In this document: positions 25,536 through 31,428 of the stretch, in pieces
Position numbering within the stretch: the stretch's first letter is position 1
How the letters are laid out: each line of letters opens with the position of its first letter
Assembly (NCBI GenBank): GCA_036638575.1
Contig: JAVWKI010000003.1
Coordinates: 1 to 31,428, forward strand
Direction of reading: 5' to 3'
From: Anaerovoracaceae bacterium
Lineage (GTDB): Bacteria > Bacillota > Clostridia > Peptostreptococcales > Anaerovoracaceae
Length of the DNA stretch: 31,428 bases
Notes under the pieces: model-generated
The model's input: the letters and a program-made list of their open reading frames with translations, nothing else
Told to the model about the DNA's origin: nothing
Databases searched by the model: none
Program-made: the position numbers and the translations under genes

Positions 25536-25584
25536 TGCTACCCTCCTATCACGGTTTCCTCTTTGCTATAGTTTATCATAGAAA

Positions 25585-25596
25585 GAACATACGTTC
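25585..25596. promoter_or_regulatory. LexA (SOS/Cheo) box
   Basis: GAAC-ATAC-GTTC, the Firmicute LexA consensus GAAC-N4-GTTC, overlapping a minus-strand promoter TTGAAC(25598-25593)-17 nt-TAAACT(25575-25570). Confidence 0.75.
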
Positions 25597-25601
25597 AACC
25601 A

Positions 25602-25630
25602 TTGTTTTTCTCTATTTTCAATGATAAACT
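25602..25630 (+). promoter_or_regulatory. Candidate sigmaA promoter of patatin gene
   Basis: TTGTTT-17 nt-TAAACT with extended -10 TG. Confidence 0.5.
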
Positions 25631-25674
25631 TGAATCAAAGTAAGCGAAAACGCGAAGATGAGGAGGCAGTTATC

Positions 25675-26838
25675 ATGGAAAAAACAGCATTGGTTCTTTC
25701 CGGAGGCGGAAGCAGAGGCGGCTATCAGGTGGGCGTATGGCAGGCACTGCGAGAGTTAGGCATAGAAATAGATATCGTTACCGGGACTTCCGTGGGTGCA
25801 ATTAATGCCTCCATGGTGGTCACCGGGGAGTTTGAGCAGGCGAAGGCACTTTGGATAGAGGCAGAAACCAATATGATCTTTGATTTGGACAACGACAGCC
25901 TTTATAATGCGGCGAAAACCGAAAAAATCAAAAATACCCACGGATTTATGGGCATGCCTATGCAAGAAGCCTTAAGCTATGCCAAAAACGCCTTAATCCG
26001 AGGCGGTGCAGGCTCAGGTGGAATGCTGGAAATCTTGGAAAAATATTTGAATCTAGACGATTTTTTCGCCTCTCCCATTGAATACGGAATGGTCACTGCA
26101 GAGCTACCAACCTTCAAGGGTCACTACCTTTACAAGGAGGAGCTCCCCAAGGATTTAGCTCACCAATACATTTTGGCCAGTGCCTCTTGTTTCCCTGCCG
26201 CAAGATATTGCGTAATTGACGAAAAGAAATTTGTAGATGGTGGATATGCAGACAATTTACCCATTGACATGGCCATGGATAAAGGTGCTACCCGCATAAT
26301 TGCCGTGGACCTAGAAGCGGTAGGCGTAGTAAAAAAAGAAAGTCTCCTTCGTGCAAAAACCCAAGCCAAAGAATTTCAGTATATTTCTTCCCTTTGGGAT
26401 TTGGGGAATTTTCTTTGCTTTGATCCGGAAACCAATCGAAGAAATTTAACCCTAGGCTACTTAGATGCCATGAAAGCATTTAAGCAATACCAAGGAAAAT
26501 ATTATACCTTTCCCCAAAATACCTTCCCGGAAAACCAAATGCGTAGGGCCGATGCTGCCGCACATATTTTTGATTTAGATCCCCTTGTTGTCTACAGCAA
26601 GGATCAGCTTGATGCAGCCTTACGCCCTAAAATCCTTGATGCACAAATTGCATTAGGCAAAAAAACGCAGCCCCTACACACGAAGCTGCGCCATGAAACC
26701 TTAACGATCTTTATTGCAGAAAGCCTAAAAGAACATCAATCAGAAAGTCCATTTCTAAAAAAATATGTATTGAAAACCTTGCGAGAAGAAGTCCTTGCTG
26801 CTAGCTATCTGCTGAGAAATAATCTACTTTTTGACTGA
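25675..26838 (+). CDS. Patatin-like phospholipase
   Basis: LSGGGSRG, GTSVG (GxSxG), ASASCFP, FVDGG. Start at ATG 25675 after AGGAGG. Confidence 0.92.
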   Translation: MEKTALVLSGGGSRGGYQVGVWQALRELGIEIDIVTGTSVGAINASMVVTGEFEQAKALWIEAETNMIFDLDNDSLYNAAKTEKIKNTHGFMGMPMQEALSYAKNALIRGGAGSGGMLEILEKYLNLDDFFASPIEYGMVTAELPTFKGHYLYKEELPKDLAHQYILASASCFPAARYCVIDEKKFVDGGYADNLPIDMAMDKGATRIIAVDLEAVGVVKKESLLRAKTQAKEFQYISSLWDLGNFLCFDPETNRRNLTLGYLDAMKAFKQYQGKYYTFPQNTFPENQMRRADAAAHIFDLDPLVVYSKDQLDAALRPKILDAQIALGKKTQPLHTKLRHETLTIFIAESLKEHQSESPFLKKYVLKTLREEVLAASYLLRNNLLFD

Positions 26839-27372
26839 TTCATCCCAAATAATTCTGCCTTCATTCCTTGGCTTTGCAACAGGGTAGTCTCCGTCACAGT
26901 AACCCAGTATGCAGTTACCAATGCCCATATATTCCTCTCCTACGCCCCACTGTTCCATGAGGGCCTTTCCTTCTTCTGTCTCAAAAACCTCTTTTGCACG
27001 ATGGATCCAGCAAGAATCCACCCCAATGGCATGGGCAGCATTGAGCATATTACAAATGGTTGCACTGCCATCCTCTACTCTTGTGGTCCGTTCCTTTTTG
27101 GCAAAGACCACCACCAAAGTTGGTGCACCATAAAACGGATCCGAATCACTTCCCATCACCTGTCCATTTAGGGCTGAAATCCGCCCAAGGGTTTCTTTCT
27201 CTCTTACCACGACCATAATCGGACTTTGGGCACTTCGTCCTGAAGGTGCAAATAATCCTGCACGAAGAATTTGTTCTACCGCTTCTGCCGGTACCTGAGT
27301 TTCTTTAAATTTCCTCACGCTTCTTCTGGTTTCAATATTTTTTAATACTTCAATTCCTTTTTTCTCGTTCAT
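26824..27372 (-). CDS. Nitroreductase family protein
   Basis: IETRRSVRKF, AGLFAPSG, FYGAP, DGSATICNMLNAAHAIGVDSCWI. Start at ATG 27372 (MNEKK). Confidence 0.92.
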   Translation of the reverse strand: MNEKKGIEVLKNIETRRSVRKFKETQVPAEAVEQILRAGLFAPSGRSAQSPIMVVVREKETLGRISALNGQVMGSDSDPFYGAPTLVVVFAKKERTTRVEDGSATICNMLNAAHAIGVDSCWIHRAKEVFETEEGKALMEQWGVGEEYMGIGNCILGYCDGDYPVAKPRNEGRIIWDESVKK

Positions 27373-27388
27373 TTTTTCTTCCTTTCTG

Positions 27389-28771
27389 TTAACGTTTATT
27401 CTCAAACCAAAGCTGACATAGGCCTTCTATCTTCGTTGGAATTTCCGAAAGCTGCAACTGATTATAGTAAAAAATCAGCGAGGTTGCCGGAGATTTTTCT
27501 GTATAAGAAACCACCGGCAAGGTCAATATTCCTATACTTCTGGCTTCCTCACACAAAAGCCTCGCACTTTTTTCGCTGTTTACGTTGATGATCATGTTTA
27601 CCCCGGAAGAGGTATTTACCGGAGTAATATACGGATTTTTGCCTAAGGCCTCTGCCGTAGCCGCAAGCTTTTGCGCATAAAGCCTTCTTAATTTTTTAAT
27701 TCCCGTTTGATAATATCCTTTTTCCATAAATAATGCCAGGGTTAATTGCTCCGCCTTGGAGCAGGTTTGTGCATAGTCTTTGCGAATTTCATCAAAAATT
27801 TTCGCCATATCTTCCGGCAATACCATATAGCTAATCTTAATTGAAGCAAACAAGGTTGAAGAAAAAGAGCCCAAATATACAACCCTATCCCGCGTATCTA
27901 ACCCTTGTAATGCCGGCACCGGCTTTCCGAAATAGCGAAGCTCACTATCATAGTCATCTTCAATAATATAGCTGTTGTTTTTTTCGGCCCAAGACAATAA
28001 TTGGTATCGTCTTCCCACAGGGGTGACCGCCCCCGTAGGGAACTGGTTCGATGGACTCACATAAACTGCCGAGCGAATATTTGCCGGAAGCTTTTCAATA
28101 TCAATTCCATCCGGTTTTACCGCTACCGGAGTAATGGCAAAGCCACGATCGCGAAAAATACTCTTTACCGGAAGGTATCCCGGGTCCTCTACCGCCACGT
28201 GTCCAATGCCCATTTTGTTTAGAATTGTGGATAAGTGCGCTGTAATTTGCTGTGTACCTGCCGCAATCACCACCTGCTCCGGGGTACATTTCACCCCTCT
28301 AGAATGATAGACATATTTTGAGATTTCAAAGCGTAAGGATTCCTCCCCTTGAGGGTCACTTTCAAAGAGAAGTAGGTGTACATGATCCGTAAGCACCTTG
28401 TTTAAGCATTTCTTCCATCGGTTAAAATCAAAACAAGAAAGATCATAGCTTAGCTTTGGTTCTTGCTCCCCTATGGTCCTGCTCATCACACTTTCCCCAT
28501 GGTTTTCTTCTTTTTCCGGATAAAACATCGAACTGACAAAATATCCGGATTGTGGCTTACTGTAAATATATCCTTCCACTGCAAGCTGGCTATAAGCAAG
28601 CTCAATGGTTGTAAGGCTCAGCTTCAAGGATGAGGATAAATTTCTAAGAGAAGGAAGCTTCTCCCCGGGGACAATTTCTTGCGCCAAAATTGCCGCCTTA
28701 ATAAAATCATAGAGCTGCAAATAAAGCGCTCTTGCGGAATTACTCTCAAAAATCGGGATGATTGCTTTCAT
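27389..28771 (-). CDS. MocR/GabR family regulator (GntR wHTH + PLP aminotransferase-like domain; PdxR-like)
   Basis: LYLQLY...GEKLPSLRNLS...AYSQLAVEGYI, EDPGY, PSNQFPTG, IIEDDYDSE. FSSTLF occupies the usual FSK position. Start at ATG 28771 after GGAGG. Confidence 0.92.
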   Translation of the reverse strand: MKAIIPIFESNSARALYLQLYDFIKAAILAQEIVPGEKLPSLRNLSSSLKLSLTTIELAYSQLAVEGYIYSKPQSGYFVSSMFYPEKEENHGESVMSRTIGEQEPKLSYDLSCFDFNRWKKCLNKVLTDHVHLLLFESDPQGEESLRFEISKYVYHSRGVKCTPEQVVIAAGTQQITAHLSTILNKMGIGHVAVEDPGYLPVKSIFRDRGFAITPVAVKPDGIDIEKLPANIRSAVYVSPSNQFPTGAVTPVGRRYQLLSWAEKNNSYIIEDDYDSELRYFGKPVPALQGLDTRDRVVYLGSFSSTLFASIKISYMVLPEDMAKIFDEIRKDYAQTCSKAEQLTLALFMEKGYYQTGIKKLRRLYAQKLAATAEALGKNPYITPVNTSSGVNMIINVNSEKSARLLCEEARSIGILTLPVVSYTEKSPATSLIFYYNQLQLSEIPTKIEGLCQLWFENKR

Positions 28772-28815
28772 AAACTGCCTCCAACTGTATATATAAAAAA
28801 AAATATTTTTGCATA

Positions 28816-28844
28816 TTTCCATAATAACACCAATGAGATAGTAT
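28816..28844 (+). promoter_or_regulatory. Candidate sigmaA promoter of ECF S-component gene
   Basis: TTTCCA-17 nt-TAGTAT. Confidence 0.45.
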
Positions 28845-28871
28845 GTATAGGGTGAAAAAAGGAGAAAAAAA

Positions 28872-29432
28872 ATGTTAACAAATGAAAAATCAATGATTCA
28901 AAAACTAGTCATGACCGCAATGATGATGTGTCTGATTATGGTGATGACCTTTATTATTCGAATTCCGGTACCAGCTACACAAGGCTATATTCATCTAGGC
29001 GACTGTATGATCTTCCTGGGCGTTTTACTTCTTGGCTGGAAATACGGTGCAGTTGCCGCCGGTGTAGGCTCTGCTTTGGCAGACCTTTGGGGTGGCTATG
29101 TGATTTATGCACCCATTACACTGGTAGTAAAGGCTGCCATGGCCATTTCTGTAGGCTTGTTCGTTCAGTGGGCACTAAAAGGTGGCCTATCTGCAATGAA
29201 GCTTTGCATTATGGAAATTATCGGAATGATTATTGGCGGTGCGATCATGTGCGCAGGTTACTATTTAGCAGAAGGCTTTATGGTTGGAAACTGGGTTGCT
29301 CCTCTGGCAGCAATTCCAATGAACATCATTCAATTTGTTGTGGGCGTGTTCCTTGCAACGATTTTGGTTAATGCCCTATACAAAACCCCTGCCCGAAAGA
29401 TGTTCGCTTATCACTTAGATACTGTACAATAA
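28872..29432 (+). CDS. ECF transporter S component, probably vitamin B6 (PdxU/HmpT-like)
   Basis: 186 aa with about 6 TM segments; IRIPVPATQGYIHLGD...GVGSALAD. Substrate inferred from the divergent MocR regulator. Confidence 0.88.
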   Translation: MLTNEKSMIQKLVMTAMMMCLIMVMTFIIRIPVPATQGYIHLGDCMIFLGVLLLGWKYGAVAAGVGSALADLWGGYVIYAPITLVVKAAMAISVGLFVQWALKGGLSAMKLCIMEIIGMIIGGAIMCAGYYLAEGFMVGNWVAPLAAIPMNIIQFVVGVFLATILVNALYKTPARKMFAYHLDTVQ

Positions 29433-29455
29433 CCCTTAACCCAATAAACAAAATG

Positions 29456-29494
29456 AAATACCCGAAATTGGTGCGAACCGATCTCGGGTATTTT
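29456..29494. terminator. Bidirectional intrinsic terminator
   Basis: 17-bp stem (one mismatch, one G-U pair) AAATACCCGAAATTGGT-GCGA-ACCGATCTCGGGTATTT with a GNRA loop, between convergent genes. Confidence 0.8.
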
Positions 29495-29495
29495 A

Positions 29496-30365
29496 TTAAT
29501 TTTCTAATTTTATAAAGTTATCCTTCATTAACGGGCCATTGATAAAGGCATCCATGGTTGCATAGCTGCTGGCATTTGCAATGCTGCCCACTCTCTTTGT
29601 TCCATGATTCTTATAGACATAAACATCTTCATGAATGTATATCAGTGCAGCCTCCCATCCACCATGAGGGCTGCTTTCATAGGTCTTTGCACTACCGAAG
29701 AAAAAAACCTCCCGCGATGACAGCTGATACGGTCTCCAATATTGCACTTGTCCCGCGTAGCCGGTCTTGTCCAAAATCCTAGGATCGACCTTCACCAAAT
29801 ACCCGGTTTTTTCATAGGTCAGTCGGATTAAGGTATCCCTACCAGTCCAAGGCTTCATATCCTTTGCAATATCCTTGTAGATTTGCTCATATTCCTCTAG
29901 TTCATTTCTGCCTCCACCAATAATCGGTGCAACAATGGTATCAATTTGTGCCAGCACGGTTCCTTGCTTATTCTTCACTTTTAGCAATACCTGTATTTTG
30001 TTTGGTGCGTCTTGCTTTGTGACCAGTTCAAGGGTTTTTCCATTATAATAAGAAGCTGGATAAGCACGCTCTCCACCTATGGTGAGATAGCCTGATCCAT
30101 CTACCGTAATCACTTGCCGATCGTATGCCAGTCCCTTGCCTTGCTCCACAACCTCCAGCACATCGGCAGTTCCCGTTTTCCCTCGAATGGTTTCTAAGAC
30201 ATTTTTGCCGATCATCTCTGCCTCTGCACGGTTTTCTGTTCGCCCATAACTCTCTGTAATGGGTGAAATTACCGCTATGGCAATGGTCACAAAAATGGCA
30301 CAAACCACTAGGCCCACAATGACCTCCACCAAGGTCATTCCTTTTTTATTGGCCAGCGCGTTCAT
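29496..30365 (-). CDS. Type IV prepilin-like protein with large C-terminal domain
   Basis: Class III signal NKKG|MTLVEVIVGLVVCAIFVTIAIAV (G-1, E+5, hydrophobic helix). 289 aa. RBS GGAGG. Confidence 0.88.
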   Translation of the reverse strand: MNALANKKGMTLVEVIVGLVVCAIFVTIAIAVISPITESYGRTENRAEAEMIGKNVLETIRGKTGTADVLEVVEQGKGLAYDRQVITVDGSGYLTIGGERAYPASYYNGKTLELVTKQDAPNKIQVLLKVKNKQGTVLAQIDTIVAPIIGGGRNELEEYEQIYKDIAKDMKPWTGRDTLIRLTYEKTGYLVKVDPRILDKTGYAGQVQYWRPYQLSSREVFFFGSAKTYESSPHGGWEAALIYIHEDVYVYKNHGTKRVGSIANASSYATMDAFINGPLMKDNFIKLEN

Positions 30366-30738
30366 GGGCTTCTCCTCCCTCTTGGCCTAACCTTCCTCCC
30401 GGGGTAAAATAAGTTAGGGCTTCTGCTTCCTTAATTGAAATCGATTGTTCTATGGTCTTACCGGGCAAACTAATCTTCATCTTCCCTTGGGCCAGCTCAG
30501 TTCCGCCACCTCGCTCAATTATTTTTGCTGCCTCTTCAAGGTTTGCCGAGGCGGTTTGGGCTTTCCTATTCATGTTGGTCGAAGTAAACAGGATCGTCGT
30601 TGCCGCACCCAAAATAATAATCAAGATCACAAAAGCAAGAACCCCTTCAATCAGTAGTTCCCCGGATTTGTTCCTTAAGGCCTTCCCTATTGCTCGCCCA
30701 AGTCGATTGTTTAGTTTTTTGAATCTACTACTTTCCAT
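30346..30738 (-). CDS. Small type IV minor pilin-like protein
   Basis: Basic leader ending NKSG|ELLIEGVLAFVILIIILGAA (E+5 present). Start at 30738 or 30744. Confidence 0.75.
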   Translation of the reverse strand: MESSRFKKLNNRLGRAIGKALRNKSGELLIEGVLAFVILIIILGAATTILFTSTNMNRKAQTASANLEEAAKIIERGGGTELAQGKMKISLPGKTIEQSISIKEAEALTYFTPGGRLGQEGGEAHERAGQ

Positions 30739-31298
30739 GTACAATTACTCCAAATCTCTTTTCCCGCTGTTCGTTCATACCAACCGCTAAATCGATAATT
30801 TACCGTCAAGCTATATACATTTCCCACAGAATCCCCTACCGTAAAGGTAACATCCAGACTTTTGATGGAAACAAAAGCCTTGGCCAATTCTGCACCGATG
30901 GCACCACCCTTATCCACCTGAGCTGAGCTGTCTAGCTTTATGGAAACATCTGTTATGGTGTATCCCGATAGCTGCTCCCCTTCTAGTGCTATTGTTACCG
31001 GAGAAATATCCCAGGAGGACTCCACAAGCTCCGCGGTATTTTTCGCCTTTAGATCCGCGATAATCATCCCCTTCAAATAGTCTCCCAGCTCGCCTTTTTC
31101 CAGAGAATCCGTAATGGTTTGGGTAGTGGATTTTGCAATGAAATAAATCTGTCGCTCTTGGCCTTGCTTATGGGTAGCCGCCAAATTTCCGGACGTAAAA
31201 ACCAGCACGGCTCCACCTATAATTAGTAGAATTACCGCAACAATAATGACCATAATCAGGGTTTCGCCCTTTTGATTGTTGAGCTTGTTCTTCATCAT
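30711..31298 (-). CDS. PilX/GspK-like minor pilin (no Glu at +5)
   Basis: NNQKG|ETLIMVIIVAVILLIIGGAVL followed by RQIYFIAKS (PilX-like). Start at ATG 31298, in an ATGA overlap with the upstream stop. Confidence 0.75.
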   Translation of the reverse strand: MMKNKLNNQKGETLIMVIIVAVILLIIGGAVLVFTSGNLAATHKQGQERQIYFIAKSTTQTITDSLEKGELGDYLKGMIIADLKAKNTAELVESSWDISPVTIALEGEQLSGYTITDVSIKLDSSAQVDKGGAIGAELAKAFVSIKSLDVTFTVGDSVGNVYSLTVNYRFSGWYERTAGKEIWSNCTWKVVDSKN

Positions 31299-31428
31299 TC
31301 CGCTTGCCCCCAAGGTGTTCTATGGAAATCACTTCCAATGGAATAATTTGGCTTATATTCGCCCTGGTTTCCATTGTTTTCTTTTATGGTTGGATAAATA
31401 TAAGCAAAGGGTCCTGTGCCACCATTCT
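31295..31428 (-). CDS. 3' end of an upstream gene in the pilin-like operon (partial, function unknown)
   Basis: Open frame from the window edge (31426): NGGTGPFAYIYPTIKENNGNQGEYKPNYSIGSDFHRTPWGQAE*, ending in a TGA that overlaps the next ATG. Confidence 0.6.
   Translation of the reverse strand, partial: NGGTGPFAYIYPTIKENNGNQGEYKPNYSIGSDFHRTPWGQAE

Noticed and set aside
28772-28871. PdxR-type operator repeats in the MocR/ECF intergenic region
   Set aside because: Only short matches (CCAA twice, TGTATA twice), indistinguishable from chance without orthologous sequences.
270-31374. The numerous 60-170 aa ORFs antisense to or out of frame within real genes (e.g. 743..1123, 1564..2064, 7668..8102, 28928..29371, 30452..30790)
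   Set aside because: They are shadow ORFs fully overlapping well-supported CDSs, with no RBS or family motifs.
1-31428. Mobile elements, CRISPR arrays, tRNA/rRNA genes or anti-phage defence island
   Set aside because: No transposase, integrase, repeat-spacer array or tRNA cloverleaf was seen. The sirtuin and patatin have ordinary stand-alone housekeeping architectures with no defence partners.

Overview
A ~31.4 kb AT-rich, gene-dense chromosomal window from an anaerobic Firmicute (Clostridia). Protein style suggests the Anaerovoracaceae/Family XIII group, but this is an impression and was not checked against a database. I see no tRNA, rRNA, CRISPR array, IS, prophage or recognisable riboswitch. 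Contents in order: (1) a minus-strand housekeeping run of glnS, malic enzyme, a prepilin-peptidase homologue lacking both catalytic Asp, yhbY, truA, dCMP deaminase and a MATE transporter; (2) a radical SAM gene and an orphan processive GT2 divergent from a CiaRH-like two-component system, with back-to-back TTTAAG-N5-TTT(A/C)AG boxes; (3) a thiolase; (4) a sigma54 catabolic locus with a YfcC transporter, two tandem M20 amidohydrolases (one lacking the catalytic Glu) and a PAS-AAA+ activator, plus a readable -24/-12 promoter and candidate enhancer repeats; (5) surE, an isochorismatase-family hydrolase and DUF2156; (6) a TM2 protein and a membrane-anchored LuxR; (7) a radical SAM/DUF4130 repair pair preceded by a LexA box and followed by a sirtuin; (8) a patatin, a nitroreductase and a MocR regulator lacking the PLP Lys, divergent from an ECF S component; (9) the 3' end of a type IV minor-pilin-like operon. 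The best leads are three probable pseudo-enzymes and several regulatory circuits that can be read directly from the DNA. Start codons were adjusted from the ORF track where an RBS or gene overlap supports a different start.
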